Shown here: positions 47,479-58,683 of the stretch, piece by piece
Layout: every line of letters begins with the position of its first letter
Position numbering within the stretch: position 1 is the first letter of the stretch
Made by a program: the position numbers and the translations under genes
NCBI GenBank assembly: GCA_033763315.1
Contig: JANRKS010000022.1
Span: forward strand, 1-64,000
Reading direction: 5' to 3'
Source: Deltaproteobacteria bacterium
GTDB taxonomy: Bacteria; Myxococcota_A; Polyangia; Fen-1088
DNA: 64,000 nucleotides
Notes under the pieces: generated by a model
The model's database searches: none
Told to the model about the DNA's origin: nothing
Seen by the model: only the letters and a program-made list of their open reading frames with translations

Positions 47479-48238
47479 GCACAAGCCTTTCAATCATTCG
47501 CACAGCCGGACGGAAGGCGTTTACTCGGGTCGCCAATCCCAAAAACGCCACACCGAGAGAGTATTTGCTGAAAGATCGCGCGCGCGCCGATACATCGTGC
47601 AGGGCCTCAGTGAAAGGCGTGCGGCTAAGCGCGTTGGCTTGTTTGATCTCGGTGACCACAAGACGCGATAAATCTTTGCTTACGCTTCCGACCGCAAACG
47701 ACAAAAATATGTCCGAGGTGACGCGTTCACCCAGCACGGGATCAAGCAACGTCAACCGCAAAAAGTTGGTGCCCAGCAGCGGACGCAACGCAGCCGGATC
47801 AAGTTGCGTGTGTTTGCGGATGAAGTTGTAATTGGAAGCCGCAATGGCGTCTTGGCCAAACGTAATCTGTTTCCGTTCCTTCAGGGTCTCGCCCCGGTTT
47901 GTCTTTTGTTTCACTTCGAGATACGAGACTTGGCGATCAGGATAGTGCCGAATGCGCACTTTGAAGCGCGGCCGCTTGCCCCGCGCGTGCTGCATGAACA
48001 TGAACATATCGGGTGTATCGAAATACACGGTCTGGTAGGTGGCTAACGGGCGGCCGGCGGTGGGGAGCACTCGGTACTTCCCCTTCACTTGCTCAAGGAC
48101 CTGCTCCAGTTGTTTGTCACGAAGCACAAACTTTCGGTCGAAGCGGCGCTGCAAGGCCGTGGCCTCAACGTCGGCCCAGGAGGCGGCGGGGAAAGCCGAC
48201 AACAAGACCTCGTCACTGAGATATTGGGGAACGTTCAC
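47471..48238 (-). CDS. VTC-domain polyphosphate polymerase
   Basis: RFDRKF, TVYFDT, RFKVRIRHY, LEVKQK, ERVTSD, EIKQ, FSKY; GTG start after GGGAG. Confidence 0.92.
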   Translation of the reverse strand: MNVPQYLSDEVLLSAFPAASWADVEATALQRRFDRKFVLRDKQLEQVLEQVKGKYRVLPTAGRPLATYQTVYFDTPDMFMFMQHARGKRPRFKVRIRHYPDRQVSYLEVKQKTNRGETLKERKQITFGQDAIAASNYNFIRKHTQLDPAALRPLLGTNFLRLTLLDPVLGERVTSDIFLSFAVGSVSKDLSRLVVTEIKQANALSRTPFTEALHDVSARARSFSKYSLGVAFLGLATRVNAFRPAVRMIERLVHA

Positions 48239-48416
48239 TGCAGATCTCCCAAGGCGCAGCCGCGATGCCAACCGCCGAGCTGAAAGACTAACCTATTGCG
48301 ACGATGAAGTGACAATCGAGTAAATTTTCCGTCAATGCGGTATGTGGGCGGCAGGGCCCCACTTCATCAGCTTTTTTCACGATTTTGTGAGACTCCAGTC
48401 GCACAAAGGCACGGCC

Positions 48417-49601
48417 CTACGGGGCAAGCCAGCGGAACAGTTCTGTGTTTTCGATGGCGGCGGGAAACTGCGCGGCCCCCACCCCCGCCGCGAACAACGG
48501 CACCGGCGCGGCGGTGTGCCAGGTCTCCGCGAAGCTGTGGCGGGGCAGAACGCCCGCCTGGGGTGGCTCGTCGGCCAAAGACAGGCCGCCCGTTTCGTGA
48601 TCGGCCGTGACCACAATCAAGGTGTCACCACGGCCCGCTTGCCATGCAAGTGCGGCCGCCACCGCGCGATCGAGCTCGAGAACCGACGCCACCACATGCT
48701 GCAAATCGTGGGCATGCGCAGCCGTATCGGTGCCTTCATTTTCGACCAGCAAGAAGAACCCCACGGGGTTGCGTGAAAGGAAGCTGATGGCCGTGGCCGC
48801 GACGCCCGAAAGCGCAGGGGGCGTGCTTTCATAGAGCCAGGCAAGCTTGACGGTGCCGGGCATGGGTAACTCCGTTGGAGCTTCGGTGATTGCGGTATAT
48901 CCGGCGGCCGCCGCCACCACGTTGTCAGCATTGACGACGGCCTCGGCGGCCAAAAAATCGGGCCTCACCACGTCGAACAGATCGTGCGCGATGCCATCGT
49001 AGGCATAACGAGAGCTCTGGTGCGCGATGAACGCGGCTGGCGTGGCATCCACGATCGGCGTCTCACGCGTCACAAGGCCGGTGGCCGCACCCAAGGCCTT
49101 CCGCAGCTCAAGCGCCGTGGGCAACGGCGCTCCTCCACCAGGAAGCTGTAAGCCAAGAACTTCATTTTGCACTTTTCTGCCGGTGGCGAACGCTGTGGCC
49201 CCCGCCGCGGAATCGGTGATGCCACCCAAGGCATTGCGGGTAAACATGCGCCCCTTCGTGGGCAAGGTTTCCATCGTCAGGGGCGCAGTGTTGCCATTGG
49301 CAAAGCGACGGGCCGCCTCCACCTGCGCGAAGCCCATGCCATCGCCAATGAACAGAATCACATTGCGCGCGAACGGGGGGCGAGGGGCGGCACGGCGCAG
49401 GTCAGCGGCGAAGGCAGCGTCGTTGGCGCCGGGCCAGCCGCCATCCTCAGCCACACCCGCAGGCGTGCGCGCGTCGGCGCCCAGACCCAGACGCGGTTCA
49501 CGAAACGAATGATCGCCTTCATGGCACGCGGCCAAGCCGGAAAGCACAAGCAGAACGGAAGGCAAAACAACAACGCTTCTCACCTGCAACCGCGTGAACA
49601 T
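48417..49601 (-). CDS. phoA: Alkaline phosphatase (PhoA family) lipoprotein
   Basis: LAAC lipobox; FIGDGMG, TDSAAGATA, ATPAAF.AH, TADHETGG, HTAAPVP. Confidence 0.9.
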   Translation of the reverse strand: MFTRLQVRSVVVLPSVLLVLSGLAACHEGDHSFREPRLGLGADARTPAGVAEDGGWPGANDAAFAADLRRAAPRPPFARNVILFIGDGMGFAQVEAARRFANGNTAPLTMETLPTKGRMFTRNALGGITDSAAGATAFATGRKVQNEVLGLQLPGGGAPLPTALELRKALGAATGLVTRETPIVDATPAAFIAHQSSRYAYDGIAHDLFDVVRPDFLAAEAVVNADNVVAAAAGYTAITEAPTELPMPGTVKLAWLYESTPPALSGVAATAISFLSRNPVGFFLLVENEGTDTAAHAHDLQHVVASVLELDRAVAAALAWQAGRGDTLIVVTADHETGGLSLADEPPQAGVLPRHSFAETWHTAAPVPLFAAGVGAAQFPAAIENTELFRWLAP

Positions 49602-49621
49602 GCAGCGATTATAGACTCGCT

Positions 49622-52600
49622 TTAGGTCAACAGGGTGGCAAGACGTTTCACCACGTCGGCGGCGTCGGGCGCGGTCGAGGCGGCCACACGCATGGTTTCC
49701 TCAGCAAGCGGTTGCGGTAGGACCTCTTTGAGCAACGCCCACGCGGCCTCACACCGGCGTTTGGCTGAAGCGGCGTCTGGCGCAAACGCGGCCAGTTCTG
49801 ACAACGCCGCGTAGATTTCGGAAGCAGCGGGCCACACGGGCGGAGCGATCTTCGCCGCCAAGACGGCATCGCCAGCCGCGGCGCTGGCCAAACACAAGAT
49901 GAGGCTCAACTGCTCCGCCTGTGCCGCTTCCCGGCCTTCTTCGTTGGCTTGCAGATCAGCAGCGACGCCGGCCACATCTAACACTTCGCCGCGTTGCCAA
50001 TAAAACGGCACCAGCCGGACCAAAGCCGGAGCGAAAGTGGGATCCATATCGGCCGAGCGCAAGTAGGCGTCCATCGCGCCCGTGGACTCCTGCAATGAAA
50101 CGCGCCGCAACTCGCCTTCACGGAACAACGCGCGCGCGCGCTCACGGGGCAACGTGTAAAGCCGTGACAATCGGTTCCACAAGGACGCCGCCGATACGTG
50201 ATCGCCCAGCATCTCTGCCGCCTGGGTCAACCGCTGCAAGGCCGTCAAACGTGTGGGTTCAAGACGCGTGGCTTCTTCAAGGTAGGTGCGCGCGGCAGCC
50301 GCGTTGTCCAGCGCGAGCAAGCATTCGCCCATGCGCTCACAAAGCGCGACCCGGCGGCCCACCGCCTCAGCCGGCAAACTCTGCAGCACGGGCGCGAGAA
50401 GCTTGACCACTTCAGCGTGGTCTTCGCGCAGGTAAGCAAATTCAGCCAAGGCTTCGCTCGCACCTGCATGCGTGGGCTCAAGCTCAAGCACCTTGCGGTA
50501 GTTCGCCTCGGCGGCCGCCTCGTCGCCAAACATTTCGGCCAGCTCGGCGCGGCGGAACGCCAACAACACGGGTTCGATCACGCCTGTGTGATCAGGCTTT
50601 TCACTGAGCGCTTCGTACGCGCGCCGTGCCTCAGCCCAATCTTGCAAGCGGTAAGACAGCTCGGCAAAAGCGCCAAGCGCACCAACGTGGTTCGGATCCG
50701 CAGCCAGCGCTTCATCAAGATCAGCCACCGCGGCGTCCAAAGCTTTTTGGCTGACGGCAAAAGCCGCACGCGCCACAAGCCAACCCGCACGTATCGGCGC
50801 AGGCACAGGTTCAGCCAACGCGCGCGCAAAACGCTCTTCGGCGGCCGCATGATCATCTTGTGTGATCGCGTGTTGAGCGAGCTTGAGCCACAGGCGGCCC
50901 TTGACCGTGGGCTCAAGTTCACTGGGCGGCGCCAGCAGAGCGGCGATCTTATCTTCATGGCCGCTGACGTCACCCAGCGCTTCATAGAGCGCGGCCAACT
51001 GTTGTGCCGCGGCGGCGTCCACGGGTCCGCGTTCTGCCAAACGTTCAAGTAAGGGCAACGGCCCAAGGCCGCCGGGCAAACCTAGATCCGCCAGCTGTAG
51101 GAAGGCATCGCGATCCGCCGCGGTAAGCGCACCATCCACGCCTGCGGCACCAGGCGCCAAACGCGCTGAAGCTTCTGCCAAAACCGCAGCCACATCACTT
51201 TCGTTGCCCACCTTGCGAGCCAACTCCGCGCGCAGAGCCAGACCCGCGACGGGCAACGTGGGCAAAGGCCAGCCCTGCAAGACAGCATAGGCCGCGGGCA
51301 CCCCGGCCTCCCCCTCAAGGCGCGCGCGCGCACGTTCAACCACCAACGCAGGCTCTTCGATGGCCGGCGCCAGTGGCGCGAGTTCAACAGCGGAGCCGGG
51401 AGCGTTCACAAAGTCAGACGCCGTTTCGTTGTCGGGCGTCGGTGTTGACGAATGCGCTTCGGTTGACGAGGGCTCGATCAAACCAGCGCGGGCCAGCACT
51501 TCGTCGGCCTGCTGCCATGCGCCCCGTGCCAACAACAAACGCCCTAAACTATCGCCCGCCTCTTTGAGTACGGCCGGTGATTGCATCAGCGCGCGCAACA
51601 TGTCTTCGGCACGTTCAACGTCTTTGCCCGAACGCCACAACGCGCGCGCAATTTCAAGCTTGAGCACCAAGGGATCGGGCTCGCGTGGTTCGGTGGAATC
51701 GCTTTGCTGTTCGCTCACCGCAAGCAAGCGTTCGAGCGTCAAAAGCAGTTCGTCAAAACGCGATTCGCGCCGGCACAGTTCAATCAGCCGCTTTTGTGTT
51801 TCAAGATCCTCGGGCGCCGCGACCAAGCGGCGACGATACACCGCCAAGGCTTCATCTGAACGGCCCAACCGCTCAAGCGCGCGTGCATAGGCCATTTCAA
51901 TTTCGTGCTGCTCGGGTGACAGTGGCGCCGCCAACTCAAGACGCCCGGCCAACGCCTTGACCAGCGCTTCTGCGAATCCAGCGGAATCAAGCCCGTCAAC
52001 AAGCAGCGCCAAATCGGCGCCGTGGGGCTCTTGCGCCAGCGCGCGTTCAAGATGTGCCTCGGCGTCCGCGAGGGAGCCGGTCAAGCGATCCCAACGCGAC
52101 AAGCGCAAGTGTGCGTTCGCCTTGTCTCGGCTCGACACCAGACCACGGCCATCAGGGCGGCCCGCAACACGCAGCAAGCGTTCAGAAATTGTGGCGGCTT
52201 CGTCGAGGCGGCCTTCATCCCACGCGCGCGCCGCCCCCCACAACAATGACGGCACGTGCTCGGCGTCGACTTCAAGCGCGCGTGCGTAGGCGGCGTCGGC
52301 TTGCGCCGGATCCGCCAAATGTTGAGCGTAAACCCAACCGAGTTTTGCAAAAGCATCGCGGCGCTCAGCAAGGCGCGTGTTGGCGGCATGCGCCTGCAAA
52401 GTTCGCGCAACCAATTCCCATTCGCCACGCGCTTCGTAGGCCTCTTGCAGCGCGCGCCACGCTTCGCCGCGCGAAGGATCCCGTTCCGATGCCGACTGCC
52501 AGGCGGCCAGCGCCGCGTCCTTGGATTCGGCTTGCTCGAACAGCTTTGCGGCCGCGATCCAAACCTCGGCAACACGTTCACTCTCGTTCGAACCTGCGCG

Positions 52601-55033
52601 GGGCGTGCCGGCTTGTTCGATTGACTGCACCAGCGCCTTCGCCGCAGCCGAAGGCTTGCCTTGTGCCGACCACAACTGCGACGACCGCTGGCCGAGCTCC
52701 AAACACACGTCAAATGCGGCCGCGCCCTCGAGACCTTTCTCGAACGCGGCGAGCGCCGCTTCGTCATCGCCTTGCGCTTCGGCCAAGCGGCCTCGCATCA
52801 AAGCAAGCTCACCGTGCAAGGGTCCGGCGGCGCCCGTGGTGGAGCTGAGGTAACCCTCGATGATGCGCACCAAATCGGCGGCCACGGCGGCGTGTTGCTC
52901 GGCGGGGCCGGCGGTTTCGGCCAACCACTCTTCGGCCCACGCGATCGCGGCGCGCGCGCCGGCGTTGGTGCCCGTGGCGGACGCGGTGGCCAAAGCGCGC
53001 GTCACGAAATCGGATTGGCCCGCACGATCCGCCACGTCACGGGCGCGCCCCAACACGGCGGCGAAGATCACGGGATCGGTGATGCGCTCCAGGGCGCGTT
53101 CGAAGCGAACCAGCACGTCGCCAAGATCTTCAGCTGCCGCTTGGGCGGCCAATTCGTCCAACGCGCCAAGATGGGCCGGATTGCTGCGCAACACATCGTC
53201 AAGCGCCACGCGGCCTCGCGCCTTATCGCCAAGCACGCGGCCCAACAAACCTGCGCGCTCTACGTCTAGATCAAGCTTATCATCGCCTTCGGACACAGCG
53301 CTTGCGGACGCGAGCAACTGGGCGGCTTCTTCGCCACGCCCCAGGCGCGACAGCACACGCGCGCGCTGCTGCAGCCATGCAACGGCGCCGGGTTGCAACG
53401 TAAGTGCCTGGGCCCAATGCGCTTCAGCGGCCGCGTCCACGCCCGCTGATTCTTCACACTGCGCAAGCGCCGCCAGCGCTTCGGCTTGTGAGTCGGTGGC
53501 GCGCATGGCAGCGAACAAAGCCACCGCTTTTTCAAGGGCAAGCCTGGCGCCGTCATGGTTGCGTGAAGCTTTGCGCGCGCGGCCCAAGCCGAGCCACGCC
53601 GGCGCCAACATTTCATCAAGCACCACGGCCTCGGCAAAACGTTCGGCGGCCTTATCAACTTGCCCAAGCTCATCGAACAACACTTGACCCGCGTCGCACA
53701 GAAGCTTCGCGCGTGCGACGGGGCTGGGCTCTTCGAGCTCGCGGCGCCGCAACAACGCAAGCCACTCACTCCAGCGCTTTTGCACGCCGAAAATGCGGCG
53801 CAGAACGTCCAGCGCACGCGGGTGCCCGGGCCGCGCCACGCGCACCGATTCGAGCAAGCCCAACGCGCGCTCGGTTTGCCCCGCCTCCAAGTAAGCTTCG
53901 GCAGCGGCGGTGAGCGCCGTGGCCGCTTCCAAGCTGGGCAAGGCTTCGCCGGCTTGGGCCAATTGTTCGTAAAGTTCGGCAGCTTCTGCGGAACGCCCCT
54001 GGGCCAATGCCGAAACGGCGCGCGCCAACAAAGCGGGCGCGAAACCGGGCATGCGCGCCAACAGCGCACTGGCCAGCTCTTCAGCTTCACGCAGCGATTG
54101 GGGCGTGATGCACAGCAGTTGCAGCAAACGCGTGGCGACGAAAACGTTGCCCGAGTGAAGCGTCGCCGCACGACGGTAAAGCGCCAGCGCCGCGGCCACA
54201 TCACCTGTGGCCAAATGCGATTCCGCCTCGGCAAACAAGCTGCGGCCTTCTTCATACGCGGCACGCCCGCCTGAGTGGGTGGATGACGAGCCGAACGAAA
54301 ACTCGTCGTCGTCGTCCGCGGCGCGCGTCAACGGTGCAAACCGCAACAACACGCGGTCCCCACCATGTCCAAGCGGCAGCAAACCCAAGCCGCCACGCCC
54401 AGGCATGCGCCAGCCGCGCATCGGAAACAGATCCAGCAGCGCCAACTCAAGCGGCTCGACCACCACTTCGGTGGGCCCTTGCAGGTACGCAAACGGCGGC
54501 CGATCCGCAGGACCGTGATCAAGAATGGATCCACACACGGCTTTGAGCAGCGCTGTGATCACCTGCGGCGCACCGATGGGCAAAAAGCCGTGTAAACGCA
54601 GATCGTAAACCGCCACGCGCAAACGCCGCGGCTGCAGAACGCGGAAATAACCGGCCGCCAGCAGCTCGGCGCCGTGGCTGCCCACCTCAACGCGCGCTTG
54701 CAGCGTGAACCCATCAGGTCCCATCTCGACGATCGGCCGCAAGATGCCAACCTGAGCCAGCGGTGCGCGCGCCAAAAGCCGCACAACATCGTTGGCACTT
54801 AACGAAAGCGTAAGCTGGTTTAGCTGGCAGCGGCGGTTGGCAAAGCGGGTCGAGCCGCCCGACAAATCAAAAGGAAAGCGCAGGTTGGGCACTGTCATCG
54901 CCAGCGCGTCCACACGCCCTACATGCGACAGGCCGAATGACGTGAGCGAAAGCTGCCCCTGCCCGCTTTCGATTTGAACCACGAGAGGAAGCGCGTTTCG
55001 TGCCGCCGCCGGGGCCTCTGGACGCGCGGTCAC
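49622..55033 (-). CDS. Giant TPR-repeat protein (1803 aa) with non-TPR N-terminal domain
   Basis: Many A...Y..AL...P.H..A TPR motifs; N-terminal VPNLRFPFDLSGG domain. Confidence 0.85.
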   Translation of the reverse strand: MTARPEAPAAARNALPLVVQIESGQGQLSLTSFGLSHVGRVDALAMTVPNLRFPFDLSGGSTRFANRRCQLNQLTLSLSANDVVRLLARAPLAQVGILRPIVEMGPDGFTLQARVEVGSHGAELLAAGYFRVLQPRRLRVAVYDLRLHGFLPIGAPQVITALLKAVCGSILDHGPADRPPFAYLQGPTEVVVEPLELALLDLFPMRGWRMPGRGGLGLLPLGHGGDRVLLRFAPLTRAADDDDEFSFGSSSTHSGGRAAYEEGRSLFAEAESHLATGDVAAALALYRRAATLHSGNVFVATRLLQLLCITPQSLREAEELASALLARMPGFAPALLARAVSALAQGRSAEAAELYEQLAQAGEALPSLEAATALTAAAEAYLEAGQTERALGLLESVRVARPGHPRALDVLRRIFGVQKRWSEWLALLRRRELEEPSPVARAKLLCDAGQVLFDELGQVDKAAERFAEAVVLDEMLAPAWLGLGRARKASRNHDGARLALEKAVALFAAMRATDSQAEALAALAQCEESAGVDAAAEAHWAQALTLQPGAVAWLQQRARVLSRLGRGEEAAQLLASASAVSEGDDKLDLDVERAGLLGRVLGDKARGRVALDDVLRSNPAHLGALDELAAQAAAEDLGDVLVRFERALERITDPVIFAAVLGRARDVADRAGQSDFVTRALATASATGTNAGARAAIAWAEEWLAETAGPAEQHAAVAADLVRIIEGYLSSTTGAAGPLHGELALMRGRLAEAQGDDEAALAAFEKGLEGAAAFDVCLELGQRSSQLWSAQGKPSAAAKALVQSIEQAGTPRAGSNESERVAEVWIAAAKLFEQAESKDAALAAWQSASERDPSRGEAWRALQEAYEARGEWELVARTLQAHAANTRLAERRDAFAKLGWVYAQHLADPAQADAAYARALEVDAEHVPSLLWGAARAWDEGRLDEAATISERLLRVAGRPDGRGLVSSRDKANAHLRLSRWDRLTGSLADAEAHLERALAQEPHGADLALLVDGLDSAGFAEALVKALAGRLELAAPLSPEQHEIEMAYARALERLGRSDEALAVYRRRLVAAPEDLETQKRLIELCRRESRFDELLLTLERLLAVSEQQSDSTEPREPDPLVLKLEIARALWRSGKDVERAEDMLRALMQSPAVLKEAGDSLGRLLLARGAWQQADEVLARAGLIEPSSTEAHSSTPTPDNETASDFVNAPGSAVELAPLAPAIEEPALVVERARARLEGEAGVPAAYAVLQGWPLPTLPVAGLALRAELARKVGNESDVAAVLAEASARLAPGAAGVDGALTAADRDAFLQLADLGLPGGLGPLPLLERLAERGPVDAAAAQQLAALYEALGDVSGHEDKIAALLAPPSELEPTVKGRLWLKLAQHAITQDDHAAAEERFARALAEPVPAPIRAGWLVARAAFAVSQKALDAAVADLDEALAADPNHVGALGAFAELSYRLQDWAEARRAYEALSEKPDHTGVIEPVLLAFRRAELAEMFGDEAAAEANYRKVLELEPTHAGASEALAEFAYLREDHAEVVKLLAPVLQSLPAEAVGRRVALCERMGECLLALDNAAAARTYLEEATRLEPTRLTALQRLTQAAEMLGDHVSAASLWNRLSRLYTLPRERARALFREGELRRVSLQESTGAMDAYLRSADMDPTFAPALVRLVPFYWQRGEVLDVAGVAADLQANEEGREAAQAEQLSLILCLASAAAGDAVLAAKIAPPVWPAASEIYAALSELAAFAPDAASAKRRCEAAWALLKEVLPQPLAEETMRVAASTAPDAADVVKRLATLLT

Positions 55034-55671
55034 GCAGGTCTACCTTGAGGCACAGGAGCGGCGTCTTCCAAGCCGTAAAGCCGACGCCCGCGGCGACCAC
55101 CGAAAAACGCCATGATGACCACACAAAACAGGATCCCAAACAAAGCGGTGACCAGCGGCATGATCACGGCCAGCGCTTTGATCGTGGCCTCTACTTCGCC
55201 AGCGGACGAACCGGAAATGGTCGACGACAGGCGTCGCGCCAATTCGGGCGCCACCCGCACTATCTCCGGACGAACCACAGCCAAACCAAACACCGCGTTG
55301 ACTGCATGATAAAGCACACCCACCCAAGCAGCCAAAAGCGCCAGCATACGGCCCCTCGGATCTAGGGTGAAAATCGACGCCACCACATAGAGCACGAGCA
55401 TGGCTATGCCCAATTGAAAGCCGGCCAGCGCTTTGACCAAGAGCGGGTGCCGTTGCTCCACCCGCTGCATTGCCACTTCAATCGCTTTGGCGGGGGCTTC
55501 GTCGGCTGGGATCGCAGCGTTTGACTGTGCCAGCACCACGCCAGGCTGCCCGCGCAAAGTCACCAGCCCTGACAGACCCAGCCGCGTGGCCGACATCAAC
55601 ATCAGGGCTGCGACCAAGACCAACCAGGGCGGTCGGTGTTGGGGCGCCCGAGCCAGTCGTGCGCCCGTCAT
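55030..55671 (-). CDS. Hypothetical integral membrane protein (about 4 TM)
   Basis: Hydrophobic segments; tightly spaced with both neighbours. Confidence 0.7.
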   Translation of the reverse strand: MTGARLARAPQHRPPWLVLVAALMLMSATRLGLSGLVTLRGQPGVVLAQSNAAIPADEAPAKAIEVAMQRVEQRHPLLVKALAGFQLGIAMLVLYVVASIFTLDPRGRMLALLAAWVGVLYHAVNAVFGLAVVRPEIVRVAPELARRLSSTISGSSAGEVEATIKALAVIMPLVTALFGILFCVVIMAFFGGRRGRRLYGLEDAAPVPQGRPA

Positions 55672-55672
55672 C

Positions 55673-57319
55673 TCAGATTCCGAAAGGCGAAGCCGGCGTG
55701 CAGGGCTTGTAGTCGACAAGACCCTTCTTGCCGTCGGGGTAAACCAAGATTTGATCGTTCACTTTGATGCCCGAAGATTGCTGCACTTGCTTGCAGCGGT
55801 TTTGCGACCACTCGGTCATGACCTGGTAGCTCTTCACCGTTTCGGCCATCTGCGTCTCAGTGGCTTTGCTCTTCTCAAACTCTGCAGGGTCCGCCGTTTT
55901 GCGCTCCTTGAGGCGCACAACCACGAAGCTGCTTGCCACTTCCACAGGGCCGAAGAATGGCGATTCGGGCGTCAAAGCCCACGCCGCCTTGGCGAGTTCA
56001 GCCGAACGACCGATGCCTTCGATGCTGATGCCCTCGCGCATGAACAAGCCTGTTTCTTCCGCGCGTGGGGCGTCGCCCACGGGTGGCGCGCCTTCGGCTG
56101 GGGATGGGAACACATCTTTGAGCGTTTTCGCCGGATCTTTGCCAGCCGCTTCTTTGGCCTTCGCCAAGGCAGACTCGGCCGCCGCTTTGGCCTTCGCCGT
56201 CGCTTGGTCCTTGCGCAAAGCCTCTTCTGCCAACTCAAGCTTCACTTGATCATACGCCAGATCACCTTCGCGAGCGCCCAGCACCTTAACCACATAAACC
56301 GAGCCTTCGGCCGTCTTCGGGCCCAAAACGGCGTTGTCTGCCGCTGCCATCACTTCAGTCCACAGGTCGGCGCCCAAACCTTCGGAGCCTTCGCGGCGCC
56401 AGGCGGGAGGAGCCACGGTCACGTTCGACTTGGCGTCGGCGGTCAAAGGCTTGGCGGCAAGGGCCAGGGCTTGTCCCGCTTTACCGGCTGAGGCAACGGC
56501 TTCGAGTTTCTTCGTCGCGGCTTGCTTGTCGGCGTCTGCAGCGTCAGCCGCCAAAGCCAGCTTCACCACTTCGATCTTCTTTTCCTTGGGCAGCTTGGTG
56601 TAGCGGAAGGCCTTATCCTTTTCGTAGGTGGCCTTAAGTTCAGCTTCGTGGGCGGCGGCGTACGCGGCCACGTCTTGCGCCGACGGAGCGACGGCGGCCT
56701 CGAACTTCCCCACGGGGAAGCGCAGGTATTCAAGGTTTAACTGGGTGTTGCGGTGTTCCCATTCAGCCTTCACCTCGGTGGGGGAAACCGTGAGGCCTCC
56801 TTTAAGGAAGGCGCGCACGCGTTCGGCCTGAAGCTCCCGCTGTTGCATTTCAAGGAAGGTGGCGGGCGTGAAGCCGTAGTAGCGGATGAAGCGCGTGAAA
56901 TCGTCGTAGCTAAAGCCGGGTTCATTTGAGAATGCTTTTGCGCCACCAAACAACAAGAACTTGCCCGTGGCGACGAAATCTTCCGCCTCTTCGCGGCTGA
57001 CCACCAAACCAAGTTCATTGGCCTGCTGGGCCAAAAGCTCGCGATCGATCAAGCGGTCGAGGACAATCTCGCGCACGCGGGCTTGCTTGGCTTGTTCCCC
57101 ATCAAAGCGGTCTCCGCCAGCCAACAAAAACGCCGTGCGGTACTCTTGTGCGGTCACCTCGCGTTTGCCCACCTTCACGGCATAATCCACGGTGCTGCCG
57201 GGGGCGTTGAAGCCTCCTAACGACTGCGGTCCGAAGCTGATGATAAACACCGCGATGATGATGCCGAACAACGCATAGATGAGCAGGCTTCGGGAGTGTT
57301 GACGCATCTGCTCGAGCAT
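55673..57319 (-). CDS. PpiD/SurA-N-domain periplasmic chaperone
   Basis: MLEQMR start, N-terminal TM, LDRLIDRELLAQQA..LGL.VS SurA_N motif; GGAGG RBS. Confidence 0.85.
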   Translation of the reverse strand: MLEQMRQHSRSLLIYALFGIIIAVFIISFGPQSLGGFNAPGSTVDYAVKVGKREVTAQEYRTAFLLAGGDRFDGEQAKQARVREIVLDRLIDRELLAQQANELGLVVSREEAEDFVATGKFLLFGGAKAFSNEPGFSYDDFTRFIRYYGFTPATFLEMQQRELQAERVRAFLKGGLTVSPTEVKAEWEHRNTQLNLEYLRFPVGKFEAAVAPSAQDVAAYAAAHEAELKATYEKDKAFRYTKLPKEKKIEVVKLALAADAADADKQAATKKLEAVASAGKAGQALALAAKPLTADAKSNVTVAPPAWRREGSEGLGADLWTEVMAAADNAVLGPKTAEGSVYVVKVLGAREGDLAYDQVKLELAEEALRKDQATAKAKAAAESALAKAKEAAGKDPAKTLKDVFPSPAEGAPPVGDAPRAEETGLFMREGISIEGIGRSAELAKAAWALTPESPFFGPVEVASSFVVVRLKERKTADPAEFEKSKATETQMAETVKSYQVMTEWSQNRCKQVQQSSGIKVNDQILVYPDGKKGLVDYKPCTPASPFGI

Positions 57320-57338
57320 GGAAACTGGGCCTCCGTAG

Positions 57339-58625
<1,287 letters not shown>

Positions 58626-58683
58626 TGCGGCAAGCGGCCTCGGCCGCGTGAGCTCTTGTTGATTCGATCGCTGTGTGTTTGTG

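Noticed and set aside
49608-49630. TTGACC...TATAAT as a canonical sigma70 promoter for phoA
   Set aside because: Spacer is only 11 nt; the -10 is kept, but the upstream hexamer fits a Pho-box-like position better
50198-56491. Several long alternative-frame ORFs (e.g. 50198-51052, 53266-54264, 55433-56491)
   Set aside because: Overlap the TPR and PpiD genes; Arg/Pro-rich composition typical of shadow frames
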